A stretch of 64,000 bases of DNA, taken from Bacteroidota bacterium. GTDB taxonomy: Bacteria > Bacteroidota > Bacteroidia > AKYH767-A > OLB10. How positions within the stretch are numbered: position 1 is the stretch's first letter; each line of letters opens with the position of its first letter. The DNA lies in contig JAHEMF010000009.1 of NCBI GenBank assembly GCA_024643795.1, positions 15,955 through 79,954 of the forward strand, in the 5' to 3' direction. Below, piece after piece: positions 9,936 through 20,700 of the stretch. The notes below the pieces were generated by a model. That model saw only the letters and a program-made list of their open reading frames with translations. It was not told the DNA's origin and made no database searches. Position numbers and translations under genes: made by a program.

Positions 9936-10726
9936 ATTTTGATCTTGAATTGATCTCTGTCTTTAAGGAATGGCAGCCATTTCCGGTTTTTTACAACCTC
10001 TTCATGTTTGAGTATCACTGTTTCTATCCGGGAACTGCCGGACGGTAGTTTTTTAACATATCCCCCCAAAGGATCAATTATCGCTGAATCGCCTTTATAA
10101 GTGATTCCTAATCCATCCTTACCAACGCGGTTTACTCCCACAACAAAAGCAAGATTTTCAATAGCTCTTGCAATTAACAACTGGCTCCAAGCATGGCGCC
10201 TTCTCTCTGGCCAGTTGGCTATAAAAATGGCAAGATCATAATCACAATCGTTGCGAGACCATACTGGAAATCGGATGTCATAACAGATAAGCGGAAGGAT
10301 CGTCCAACCTTTCAATGAAACAATCAAACGCTTTTTCCCTGCTGTGTATACTTTGTCTTCTCCGGCCATCCCGAACAAATGCCGCTTATCGTAGAAGCTA
10401 ACTTTACCATCGGGGTCAACCCATACCAGCCTGTTGAAAAAGCTGTTCTTTTCTTTGATAACAAGGCTTCCGGTAACTACAGCCTTTTTACTTAAAGCAA
10501 TACTCTTCATCCACTGAATGGTAGGCCCATCCATACTTTCGGCCACTTCAGAGGCATTCATGGTGAACCCTGAATTGAACATCTCAGGCAGAACTATCAA
10601 GTCAGTTTCTTTAGGTTTCAGCCCAGAAAGACTTTTATGGAATTTAGACAGGTTTGACTCCCTATCTTCCCATACTAACGAAGATTGCACAAGTGTTATT
10701 CTGAGATCACTGTTGATCTTTTTCAT
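9932..10726 (-). CDS. Carbon-nitrogen hydrolase family protein (omega-amidase YafV-like)
   Basis: Nitrilase-superfamily fold with an E...K...C triad context (LPEMFNSGF, LICYD). It overlaps arfB by 4 nt (ATGA). Confidence 0.8.
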   Translation of the reverse strand: MKKINSDLRITLVQSSLVWEDRESNLSKFHKSLSGLKPKETDLIVLPEMFNSGFTMNASEVAESMDGPTIQWMKSIALSKKAVVTGSLVIKEKNSFFNRLVWVDPDGKVSFYDKRHLFGMAGEDKVYTAGKKRLIVSLKGWTILPLICYDIRFPVWSRNDCDYDLAIFIANWPERRRHAWSQLLIARAIENLAFVVGVNRVGKDGLGITYKGDSAIIDPLGGYVKKLPSGSSRIETVILKHEEVVKNRKWLPFLKDRDQFKIKI

Positions 10727-11868
10727 ATCAGATTCAATTTATCCGTTGCCCTTTTTAATGTGTCTTCATCTTTTGCAAAACAAAATCTGATAAAGTTATT
10801 TGACTCGGGTTTTTTATAAAACACAGATATTGGTATACCGGCAACTTTATGATCAACCGTTAATCTCTTCACAAATTCTGTGTCAGGCTCATTACTTATA
10901 GCCGAATAATCAACCGTTTGAAAATATGTTCCCCTACAAGGAAGTAATTTAAATCTTGAGCTTTGTAAGTTGGACCTAAAAAAATCTCGTTTAGATTGAT
11001 AAAACTCCCCAAGCTGCAAATAATTCTTTCTGTCATTCAAATATTCACATAGAGCATGCTGAATGGGTGTATTTACACTGAATACCAGAAATTGATGAGC
11101 CTTCCTAAATTCTTCTGTTAAGTTTCCGGGAGCAACACAATAGCCTATTTTCCAGCCTGTTATATGAAATGTTTTGCCAAATGAAAAGATAACAAAGCTT
11201 CTGGCAGCCAGTTTTGGATATCTTATTACACTTTGATGTTCAAGCTGATCAAATATCAAGTGCTCGTATACTTCGTCACTTAAAATGATGATCTCTGTTG
11301 AGTCTGTGATCTTCTGAAGCTGTAACATGTCCTCCGCCGTTAGTACGCTTCCGGAAGGGTTATGTGGCGTATTTAGAATGATCATTCTTGTGCGTTGGCC
11401 CACCACTTTTTTAACTTCACTCCAATTGATCCTGAACTCAGGTCCATTCATTCTAATGTGTATGGGTATGCCTCCGTTATATTCAATTGCAGGCACATAA
11501 CAATCGTATGCCGGGTCAAATACAATCACCTCATCTCCTTCTCTTATAATTGCAGTGATAGCAGTGTATATTGCCTGGGTAGCTCCTGCTGTAATTGTAA
11601 TTTCATCCTCAGGTAAATATTTATGCGAGTATGATTCCCTTATTTTATCAGACAGCCTTTCACGTAACTCAAAAACACCGGCGCTAGGAGCATATTGGTT
11701 TTGCCCACCCTTCATATGCCTGTTAACAAGTTCGATAAGTTTTCCGTCTATCGGGAAATCGGGGAACCCCTGCGACAAATTTATAGCTCCGGTTTCTTTA
11801 GCCAGAGCCGACATCACACTGAATATTGTAGTTCCCGATCTGGGTCTTTTTGATTTAATATTTAACAC
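10723..11868 (-). CDS. PLP-dependent aminotransferase class I/II (methionine aminotransferase YbdL-like)
   Basis: SGTTIFSVMSALA...AINLSQGFPDF N-terminus aligns with E. coli YbdL. SFGKTF contains the PLP lysine. Apparent GTG start. Overlaps the downstream gene by 4 nt. Confidence 0.8.
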   Translation of the reverse strand: MLNIKSKRPRSGTTIFSVMSALAKETGAINLSQGFPDFPIDGKLIELVNRHMKGGQNQYAPSAGVFELRERLSDKIRESYSHKYLPEDEITITAGATQAIYTAITAIIREGDEVIVFDPAYDCYVPAIEYNGGIPIHIRMNGPEFRINWSEVKKVVGQRTRMIILNTPHNPSGSVLTAEDMLQLQKITDSTEIIILSDEVYEHLIFDQLEHQSVIRYPKLAARSFVIFSFGKTFHITGWKIGYCVAPGNLTEEFRKAHQFLVFSVNTPIQHALCEYLNDRKNYLQLGEFYQSKRDFFRSNLQSSRFKLLPCRGTYFQTVDYSAISNEPDTEFVKRLTVDHKVAGIPISVFYKKPESNNFIRFCFAKDEDTLKRATDKLNLI

Positions 11869-11949
11869 GGCTGTTTGTTGAAATCGGTGTGTTAAATTTA
11901 TGTATTTCTTATCGTGCCTTGGGTTTTTTTGTAACTATCTTTCGAAGAC

Positions 11950-12840
11950 ATGAATGGAAGTATGATCCCGGAGGATTTAGAAGAAAGTATTCAAAAATAC
12001 TTGAACCCGAATGGCGATGTAAGTATAACATCGTCAACGCCTTTGTCAGGTGGAAGCATTAATAATACCTTACAATTTGAGCTTTCAAATGGCAGCAGGT
12101 ACTTCCTAAAATATAACATCGATAAAATGCATCCCGGCATGTTCAATGCTGAGGCAAGTGGTCTTAAGCTACTTAAAAACACCAATACAGTGAATGTTCC
12201 GGAGGTGATTCATACTGGGAAAGCTGGTATCTATAGCTACTTGATTCTGGAATTGATAGTTCAAGGTTCTATTTCAAAAAAATTCTTTACCGATCTGGGG
12301 CAGCAAATGGCACTACTGCATCGAACTACTCAGGTTGAATTTGGCCTTGATCATGATAACTATATCGGCTCTTTGCCTCAATTGAATACTCCGTCAAGAA
12401 CTTTTACTGATTTCTTCATTTCACACAGGCTGCAGCCTTTAATTGCCCGGGCTGTTAAACTGAACCAGATGCCCGTACTCATTCAAAGTAGTTTTGAAAA
12501 GCTCTTTGAAAAGCTGGATGAGCTTATGCCCACTGAGGACCCGGCATTGCTTCACGGAGACCTTTGGAATGGAAACCGGATCATTGGACCCGACGGTAAT
12601 GCATGGCTTATTGATCCGGCAGTATATTTTGGACACAGAGAATCTGACATTGCTATGAGCCTTCTGTTTGGTGGATTTGATGCCGATTTTTATAAAGCTT
12701 ATAATGAGGAATATCCTCTGAACTACGGCTGGCGGGAAAGAGTTGATCTATTTAACCTGTATCCGCTATTGGTTCATCTGAATTTGTTCGGCTCAAGTTA
12801 TTTACCTCAGATCATTCAGACTTTGGGTAAGTTTTCATGA
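11950..12840 (+). CDS. Fructosamine/ketosamine-3-kinase family protein
   Basis: LHGDLWNGN catalytic motif; phosphotransferase fold; about 296 aa. Confidence 0.8.
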   Translation: MNGSMIPEDLEESIQKYLNPNGDVSITSSTPLSGGSINNTLQFELSNGSRYFLKYNIDKMHPGMFNAEASGLKLLKNTNTVNVPEVIHTGKAGIYSYLILELIVQGSISKKFFTDLGQQMALLHRTTQVEFGLDHDNYIGSLPQLNTPSRTFTDFFISHRLQPLIARAVKLNQMPVLIQSSFEKLFEKLDELMPTEDPALLHGDLWNGNRIIGPDGNAWLIDPAVYFGHRESDIAMSLLFGGFDADFYKAYNEEYPLNYGWRERVDLFNLYPLLVHLNLFGSSYLPQIIQTLGKFS

Positions 12841-12943
12841 TCAGTGTGTGTATATATCATGATAAATTACCCTGTTTCTAGAGTTTATATTCAAATTCTT
12901 GCTATTTTTGCACACCTGTTGAAAAAACAGGGTCTTATTATAT

Positions 12944-13017
12944 TCCTCGGTAGCTCAGTTGGTTAGAGCATCTGACTGTTAATCAGAGGGTCGCTGGTTC
13001 GAGCCCAGCCCGAGGAG
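12944..13017 (+). tRNA. tRNA-Asn (anticodon GTT)
   Basis: Cloverleaf folded by hand. Acceptor TCCTCGG/CCGAGGA, D-arm GCTC/GAGC, anticodon stem TCTGA/TCAGA with loop CTGTTAA, T-arm GCTGG-TTCGAGC-CCAGC, discriminator G. CCA is not encoded. Confidence 0.9.
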
Positions 13018-13053
13018 CTGCAACTGTCACTATATGGTGGCAGTTTTTTTTTA
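13018..13053 (+). terminator. Rho-independent terminator after tRNA-Asn
   Basis: Imperfect stem-loop of about 9 bp (CTGCAACTGTC...GGTGGCAG) followed by T10. Confidence 0.5.
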
Positions 13054-13171
13054 TCCGGATTGTACATCTACATCTCCTTTAACTCAGTTGTCTCACTTGC
13101 ATCCTTTGTACTTATAGAAGCCCTGAGAAATTCTTTATTACTTTTACCCTCTGAACTTTCAACCCTGATCT

Positions 13172-14098
13172 ATGAGCCTTTTAGTAATAGGAACTGTTGC
13201 ATTTGATGCCATTGAAACGCCTTTTGGCAAAACTGATAAGATAATTGGAGGAGCCGCTACTTACGCTTCAATTGCTGCTTCATATTTTACCGATAATATT
13301 AATCTGGTTTCCGTTGTAGGTGACGATTTTCCTAAAGAAGCTATCAATAATATTAATGAACATGGAATAAATACTCAAGGGTTACAGGTAAAGAAAGGTG
13401 AAAAGTCTTTTTTCTGGTCCGGCCGGTATCATAACGATATGAATACACGAGATACTCTGGCAACAGAGCTGAACGTGCTGTTAGAATTTGATCCGGTGAT
13501 TCCTGATGAATATCAGGACTGTGAATTTTTGATGTTGGGGAATCTGAGTCCTGCTGTTCAGATGACAGTTATGGACCGAATAGTGCGCAGGCCCAAACTA
13601 GTAGTTTTAGATACCATGAATTTTTGGATGGATTCCGCATGGGACGACCTTATCAAAGCCATTTCCAGGGTGGATGTTCTAACTATTAATGATGCAGAAG
13701 CTCGCCAGCTTGCGAATGAATATTCCCTTGTAAAAGCAGCTCAAAAGATCCTATCGATGGGGCCTAAGTATCTTATAATAAAGAAAGGCGAACACGGGGC
13801 CCTTCTGTTCAACAAAGAGCAAGTATTTTTTGCTCCGGCATTGCCACTTGAAGATGTTTTTGATCCAACAGGGGCCGGCGATACTTTCGCTGGTGGTTTC
13901 ATAGGATACCTTGCACGAACAAGAGATATTTCATTTGACAACATGAAAAGAGGAATTATTTTCGGATCGGCAATGGCATCCTTCTGTGTAGAAAAGTTTG
14001 GGACAGAGCGATTGATTGAGCTAAACACAGACGAAGTTGATGAAAGGGTTCAGGAATTTATAGACCTGGTGCAATTTGATATCACTCTGGTAAAGTAA
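13172..14098 (+). CDS. PfkB-family carbohydrate kinase (ribokinase superfamily)
   Basis: DPTGAGDTFAGGFIGYL anion-hole/ATP motif; about 308 aa. Confidence 0.8.
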   Translation: MSLLVIGTVAFDAIETPFGKTDKIIGGAATYASIAASYFTDNINLVSVVGDDFPKEAINNINEHGINTQGLQVKKGEKSFFWSGRYHNDMNTRDTLATELNVLLEFDPVIPDEYQDCEFLMLGNLSPAVQMTVMDRIVRRPKLVVLDTMNFWMDSAWDDLIKAISRVDVLTINDAEARQLANEYSLVKAAQKILSMGPKYLIIKKGEHGALLFNKEQVFFAPALPLEDVFDPTGAGDTFAGGFIGYLARTRDISFDNMKRGIIFGSAMASFCVEKFGTERLIELNTDEVDERVQEFIDLVQFDITLVK

Positions 14099-14186
14099 AC
14101 GCTGTTAATTTTTTCTGCCAAACGGTTATGTAGACAGAATTATATAGCCAGAGTTTTAACATCCTGTGTTAAAATATGGCGAGGTT

Positions 14187-14906
14187 TTATTTGCCCAACG
14201 CAAGTCGTTTGTTCACTTCATTCCAGTTGATAACCCTCCACCAGCTGTCAATATAGTCGCCTCTTTTATTTTGATATTTAAGATAATAGGCGTGCTCCCA
14301 AACATCAATTCCAATCAAAGGGAACCCTTTTAAGTCTGACACATCCATCAGTGGGTTATCCTGGTTGGGTGTACTTCCTACTTCAAGTTTGCCATTATTA
14401 GAAACAAGCCATGCCCACCCGCTTCCAAATCTTGTTTTGGCTGCGTTGTTAAAAAGTTCCTGAAACTTCTCAAAACTCCCAAATGATGCATCAATAGCAT
14501 CTGCAATAGGTCCGGAAGGGTCTCCTCCCCCTGCAGGGGTCATCAGCTTCCAAAACAAACTATGGTTGTAATGCCCGCCGCCATTATTACGTATTGCATT
14601 GCTATACTTTGAAACACCGCGTAACAGTTCGTCAAGAGAAATGGCAGATAGTCCATCCGATTCAACTGCTGAGTTTAAATTCTTCACATACCCGGCGTGG
14701 TGACGATCGTGATGAATTTGCATAGTTTGTTCATCAATGTAAGGCTCAAGGGCCGATGTTGCATAAGGTAGTGGAGGTAGTTCATATTTCGTATCATTAA
14801 GTAAATATGAATATCCCTTTGTAAAAGGCCCCACAGAAAATACTGCTCCTAAACCAAGGGCAGATAATTTGATGAAATCTCTTCTTTGTGTTCCTTTATT
14901 TTTCAT
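14187..14906 (-). CDS. Fe/Mn superoxide dismutase with Tat signal peptide
   Basis: N-terminus MKNKGTQRRDFIKLSALGLGAV is a twin-arginine motif. HHDRHHAGYV and DVWEHAYY metal-ligand motifs. Confidence 0.85.
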   Translation of the reverse strand: MKNKGTQRRDFIKLSALGLGAVFSVGPFTKGYSYLLNDTKYELPPLPYATSALEPYIDEQTMQIHHDRHHAGYVKNLNSAVESDGLSAISLDELLRGVSKYSNAIRNNGGGHYNHSLFWKLMTPAGGGDPSGPIADAIDASFGSFEKFQELFNNAAKTRFGSGWAWLVSNNGKLEVGSTPNQDNPLMDVSDLKGFPLIGIDVWEHAYYLKYQNKRGDYIDSWWRVINWNEVNKRLALGK

Positions 14907-14913
14907 GATGGAT

Positions 14914-15417
14914 TTATTGAAACTCTATGAGTACCTGATTTTTTTCTACCGCATTACTCTTCTTAACATTGATCTTTTTAACAACCCCATCTGATGTGGC
15001 TTTGAGTATATTTTCCATTTTCATTGCTTCAAGCACCAGCAACTTGTCGCCTTTTTTCACTTCCCCTCCTTCTGAGACCGCCACTTCAACAACAAGGCCG
15101 GGCATTGGAGCTTTAAGATCTCCAGCTTTTTTGGACAGTGCCGAATCCATACCCAAGTCATGCAAGAGTTGATCATACTTATCCTGTAATTTAATTCTTG
15201 TTACCTTGCCATTGACCTTTAGCGTAATGGTTCTTTCGCTTTGATCATAACCCAGTAACTCAGCTGAATATGAATGGTTATTTAGCAAAACGTGTATTTT
15301 ATGTTTGCTGATCCGCTGGGTGTCGGGGTCAATTACTTTGCCATTGATCTTAAGCCTTCCATTGGGGTCATAGACGGCTTCATGGACATTACCTGAAGAA
15401 TGAAATATCTTTATCAT
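14914..15417 (-). CDS. Biotin/lipoyl-attachment domain protein (biotin carboxyl carrier-like)
   Basis: C-terminal LVLEAMKMEN biotinyl-lysine motif; 167 aa; no carboxylase partner nearby. Confidence 0.75.
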   Translation of the reverse strand: MIKIFHSSGNVHEAVYDPNGRLKINGKVIDPDTQRISKHKIHVLLNNHSYSAELLGYDQSERTITLKVNGKVTRIKLQDKYDQLLHDLGMDSALSKKAGDLKAPMPGLVVEVAVSEGGEVKKGDKLLVLEAMKMENILKATSDGVVKKINVKKSNAVEKNQVLIEFQ

Positions 15418-15491
15418 TACCTACAAATTTAACCAATTGAACAGAAGTAACACAGAGGCTGTCTACTTTTACATATATATGCACCTTAAAT

Positions 15492-17798
15492 ATGGCAAAA
15501 AATAAAAAACATAAAGCAAACGGATCAAATGAACAGGAGCTATATAGTGCCCTTACAGCCATATTGGTAAAACACCCTACCCGGGCCTTTAACCATAAGC
15601 AGGTATCTAAATTGCTTCTACAGAACTATCCTGAGCTAGCATCTCAATATTTGTTTTTAGATGATAAAGAAAAAAACAGGCAACTCATTCTAAAAGCACT
15701 GGACCAGTTAACAAGCTCCGGTGATGTTGAAGAGGTTGACACAGGTAGATATCGAATTGTTCCTGTGGAAGAATTCGTTGTTGGAGAAATACAAATGACG
15801 TCTACCGGTGCGGGGTATGTGATGAATGAAAATCATGAACAAGATATTCTTATCTCACAATATAACACCGCATCTGCATTGGATGGTGATACGGTGAGGG
15901 TGTTGCTGTTTGCGCGGAAAAGTGGAAGGAGACAAGAAGGAGAAGTAGTAGAAGTTATCAAGAGAAGCCGGTCGCTCTTTGCCGGAACTTTAAAAGTTCA
16001 ACATAAATATTCTTATGTAATCCCCGATTCAACAAGGGTAAACCTTCACATTCAAGTGCCATTTGGAAAAATGAAAGAAGCCCGGCCGGGCGACAAAGTG
16101 GTGGTAAATATAACTCAATGGCCCGATGATGTTAATGAAGCAGAAGGTGAGATAGTTGAGATCCTGGGTAGGCCGGGCGACAATAATGCTGAGATGCATG
16201 CCATATTGGTTGAGTACGGATTTCCTACTCATTTTCCTAAGTCCGTTGAAAATCAGGCGGAATTGATCCCTTATGAAATCCCGGAAAAAGAGATTGCAAA
16301 GCGAAGAGACTTGAGAACAACAACAACATTTACGATAGACCCTGTAGATGCAAAAGATTTTGATGATGCGCTATCAATAAATAAAATTAATGATGATGTG
16401 TACGAAGTTGGTGTACATATTGCAGATGTGTCTTATTACCTTAAGCCCGAAACTGAAATGGATGAAGAGGCATTCTCCAGAGCAACTTCAGTATATCTGG
16501 TAGACAGGGTAGTGCCTATGCTACCGGAAAAATTAAGCAACCATGTTTGCTCACTCCGGCCCAACGAAGATAAATTATGCTATTCCGTAGTATTTAAAAT
16601 TGATGAAAGCGGTTATGTACACGACACTTGGTATGGCCGAACTGTTATTCACTCAGATAGAAGATTCACCTATGAAGAGGCGCAAGAGGTCATTGAAGGA
16701 GCAGATGCCGAGCTTTCAGATGAGATCCTTTTACTTGACCGGATTGCTAAAAAACTAAGGGCAGAGCGATTTAAAAAGGGTGCGATCTCCTTCGAGCGTG
16801 AAGAGGTAAAATTCAAGCTTGATGAAAATGGCATTCCTCTGGGTGTCTATACAAAAGAAAATAAAGATTCAAATAAGTTAATTGAAGAGTTTATGCTTCT
16901 GGCCAACAGGTCTGTTGCTGAATTCATAGGTAAAAAGCATGCGGGCAAGACCAGGAGTGATATGCCACAAAAACCTCCTGTTTTTGTTTACAGGATTCAC
17001 GATTCTCCGGTCCCCGACAAGTTGAAAACATTTTCTGGTTTTGCCGGCAGGTTTGGCTACAAGGTCAGTGTATCAGGAGACAAAGACATTGCCCGGTCAT
17101 TGAATAAGCTGTTAAAGGATGTAAGGGGAAAAGCCGAGCAGAATGTGTTGGAACAATTAGCGATCAGAACCATGGCCAAAGCAGTTTATACCACCGAAAA
17201 TATTGGTCATTATGGTCTGGCTTTTGAATACTACACTCATTTTACGTCACCTATAAGAAGATACCCGGATGTACTTGTACACCGTTTGCTGGATCATTAT
17301 ATGCACGGAGGCAAGTCGGTCTCACAAAAAGAATATGAGCAGATGTGTCAGCACTCCACCAACATGGAGATCAAAGCAAGTGAAGCTGAAAGAGCAAGTA
17401 TAAAATACAAGCAGGTAGAGTATTTGCAGAGTAAAAAAGGTGAAGTCTTTGATGGTATAATTTCAGGAGTTACAGAATGGGGCTTTTATGTAGAGTTGGC
17501 GGGTAATAAATGCGAAGGAATGGTTCGCATGAGAGACCTTGTAAATGACTATTACAACTTTGATGAAAAGAGTTATGCTATAGTCGGACATCGAACCGGA
17601 ACAACATACAGGCTTGGCGATGAGGTTAAAGTTGTTTTAAAACAAACCAACCTTGAAAAAAGACAGATTGACTTTATTCTTTACACCACCGGTAGTATTG
17701 AATCAGTTAGTTCCAGAGATAAACACGATAGTTGGAAAGGCCGTAAGAAGTCTGATAAAAAGTCCTCAGGAGGAAAGTCTAAACGAAAAAAACGATGA
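15492..17798 (+). CDS. rnr: Ribonuclease R
   Basis: RNB catalytic-domain motifs, including HYGLAFEYYTHFTSPIRRYPD. C-terminal S1 domain and a Lys-rich tail; 768 aa. Confidence 0.9.
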   Translation: MAKNKKHKANGSNEQELYSALTAILVKHPTRAFNHKQVSKLLLQNYPELASQYLFLDDKEKNRQLILKALDQLTSSGDVEEVDTGRYRIVPVEEFVVGEIQMTSTGAGYVMNENHEQDILISQYNTASALDGDTVRVLLFARKSGRRQEGEVVEVIKRSRSLFAGTLKVQHKYSYVIPDSTRVNLHIQVPFGKMKEARPGDKVVVNITQWPDDVNEAEGEIVEILGRPGDNNAEMHAILVEYGFPTHFPKSVENQAELIPYEIPEKEIAKRRDLRTTTTFTIDPVDAKDFDDALSINKINDDVYEVGVHIADVSYYLKPETEMDEEAFSRATSVYLVDRVVPMLPEKLSNHVCSLRPNEDKLCYSVVFKIDESGYVHDTWYGRTVIHSDRRFTYEEAQEVIEGADAELSDEILLLDRIAKKLRAERFKKGAISFEREEVKFKLDENGIPLGVYTKENKDSNKLIEEFMLLANRSVAEFIGKKHAGKTRSDMPQKPPVFVYRIHDSPVPDKLKTFSGFAGRFGYKVSVSGDKDIARSLNKLLKDVRGKAEQNVLEQLAIRTMAKAVYTTENIGHYGLAFEYYTHFTSPIRRYPDVLVHRLLDHYMHGGKSVSQKEYEQMCQHSTNMEIKASEAERASIKYKQVEYLQSKKGEVFDGIISGVTEWGFYVELAGNKCEGMVRMRDLVNDYYNFDEKSYAIVGHRTGTTYRLGDEVKVVLKQTNLEKRQIDFILYTTGSIESVSSRDKHDSWKGRKKSDKKSSGGKSKRKKR

Positions 17799-17799
17799 T

Positions 17800-20700
17800 C
17801 TACTGATGTGTGAGTTTAGAGGAATAGGTCTTTTCTCCGTCCGTGATCTGAATCAAATAAATCCCGCTACTTAAGATCGATTGATCAAATGTAAGTTTAC
17901 ATGCTATGTCATTAGGGTTGAATAGCCGCTTGTAAATAACTTTGCCTGATAGCTCATATACACACACCGTTATTTCTCTGTTGATAAGGTTTCCAAATAC
18001 AACATTAAGCTCGTTTTTAAATGGATTTGGAAATACAAAACTCACCAGGTTTTGGTTTGAAATAGTCCTTTCAAGTAATATTGAACCTGAGTATTTATAA
18101 TCCCCATTCTGGTCTATCATCTTCAGTCTGTAATAGTAAGACCTATCACCTTCAACCATGTCAACATATTGATAATTATTGGGTTGTGAGCTAAATCCGG
18201 CGGCCTTTACCGCAGCTATCTTTGTATAATCAACCCCGTTGAGTGACCTTTGAAGCTCAAAACCTGAACTATTCACTTCCGTTAAAGTTAGCCATTCCAA
18301 CACATTTCCTTCATCAATTACTTCGCCAGTAAATGAAACCAGTTGAACAGGTAGCGGACCATTTGTAGCTCCGAGGATCTGGAAGTCGTCTATAGCAACC
18401 CCAACTCCTGTCACAAAGGCGTCACTTTTAAACCGTATCCTAAACCCTACATTTGGGTTGCCGGCTAAAAACGAAATGTCATATTCACATAATGAAAAAG
18501 ATGATCTTGTTCCATTAAAAAATGGTTGATTGAGTGGAAATGCTGTTGTGTTTGTAGTGTTTGCAAAATCATACCAGTTTGCAGAAACTATTCCTAGCGG
18601 TGTCCATAATTCTCCTTTATCAAGAGTGTATTCTACAGTCATTCCGTCCCAACTTATCTCAAAAGAATTTTTTCTGTAAAACCTGAGTGTATAAGTTCCG
18701 GGTTGTGATAAGTTATAGTTAGGTGACCACAGTCGTGTATCAGTATTGTTGGCATAATTTGAGGCGGTTAAACCTGTTACCCATGCCGTAGAACCGGAGC
18801 GTGTTCCATTTTTGCCACCTATTGATGAGTTTCCTTGCTCGAATGATGTGCCATATGTTGTTTCGGACCCAAAGTCAAGTGGATTTGCTTCAAAATTTCC
18901 GCCAGCAGGCAGGTCATAAGGAGTGCCTCGGTTAGGTAAAACATGAATATATGAGGTTTTGGTTCTTGTAAAGGCCCCTGAACCATTTATCTGCAATGTA
19001 ACCGTGTAAAGTCCCGGATTTGTATAAGTATGAGACGGATTTTGGGTGGCTGAAGTATTCCCATCACCAAAGTCCCAATTCCATGCAATTGCCTTGTATG
19101 ATACATCAGAAAATGCGATCAGTTTACCGGTATAAGCAATCTGTTTATCAGATACAAACTCTGCATAGGGGTCGGAGAAGACATCCGAAGAGAATAATCC
19201 GCGACCATGTGTTGCTGCAATAACTAGCTTATCTGAACTCCGGATCTGAAGCATGTCTGTTCTTACATTAGCCATACCGTTATTAGATGGCCCCCAAACT
19301 GTTGCGCCACCCATAAGGTTGTCTGTTGTCCACGTTCCTAACTCTGTTGCTAACATAGCCTGTGTCGCATCATTTGGATTAAACAACGCCCATCGCACAG
19401 GCATATCAGGTAAATTTCCTTCCACGGAAGTCCAGCTTGTGCCACCGTTGGTGGTTTCCCAAACACTGGTTACACCATAGTTAGAATATGTTACTAACAA
19501 GTGGTTATCATTACCGTCTTCAATTGCAATACATGAAACACTACCGGAAGGCATGCTGCCTCCTGTAATATCTGTACCTGATGGAGAGGCTGTGTGCGCA
19601 TTATCAACTCTTACTACACGTCCATTTGAAATCCCAAAGAACACCCTGTTATTTGTATTTGGAGAAACGGACACATGTGTTACACTACCTCCTCCAAATG
19701 CTGCAACATTACGGCTATTTAATGCATTTGACGCTGGTGCATTGGCAAGAATATAGTAGTTGCCTGAGCCATTACGCAAATACATATTGTTGTTAGCGTT
19801 ATCATAATCTGACGGGTTTACAAATGCCCCATTGTTGTTGTTAGTTATCCTCGTAAAAGTGGCTCCGCTATTTGTTGATCTGTAAATGTTACTATACACA
19901 TAAGAAGTGAATTGATACTGCGGCTGATCCTGATCTATGTGTGTGAAACAACCATCGCCACCTGTAACTTCTACAGTTGAGTTGATACCAAGTGTACTAT
20001 ATTTTTGAGAGCCATTATCCTGTGCTCCGGCAATGAATTCAGAAGAGTAGGCCACAGGGCTCATAGAGCAAGCATAATACTGAGTAACATTATAGTTCTG
20101 GCTCACATGGCCAATTGAAGGTATTGATGCGGTTCCATTAGAAGATCGGTATATTCCACCATCGTTACCGAAATATAAAATGCTTGAGTTGCCTGGCTCA
20201 AAGCAGATCTCATGCTGATCGGCATGTACCTCCTGAAACCCAAACCCTCCATACCAATGGCTTATCTGTTGCCACGACCCTGCACCATTGGTAGATTTGA
20301 AAAGGTCAACTCCGCCTGCATAAAGTACATTGGAGTTGTTAGGGTCTACCGCAGCAGTAAGATCGTACCAGGCCTGTCCTCTTGTGAAATCAGCACCTAT
20401 GCCTGGGTCAGCGTCTGTCGGATTGGAGCGGGTAGACCAGTTAGCTCCGCCGTCAGTAGACCTGTAAATTGCTGATATTCCGTAACCGGTTCCCTGTGCA
20501 AGTGCATATATAACATTAGCATTAGATGGCGCACAAGCAAGTTCGATACGGGTAAAGCCAGTAGTTGGAAACCCGTTAGTGCCGTTATTTAGCTTGGTCC
20601 ATGCGCCAGAATTTCCGGTTGCGGATTTATAAATCCCGTCTGTTTGAAACAACCCTAACGCTACGTATATACTATTATCGGCTCCTATTTCAAGGTCGCT

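Noticed and set aside
12841-14186. tRNA-Asn as an integration site for a genomic island
   Set aside because: No integrase, no direct repeat of the tRNA 3' end downstream, and the flanking genes are ordinary metabolism genes (PfkB kinase, SOD).
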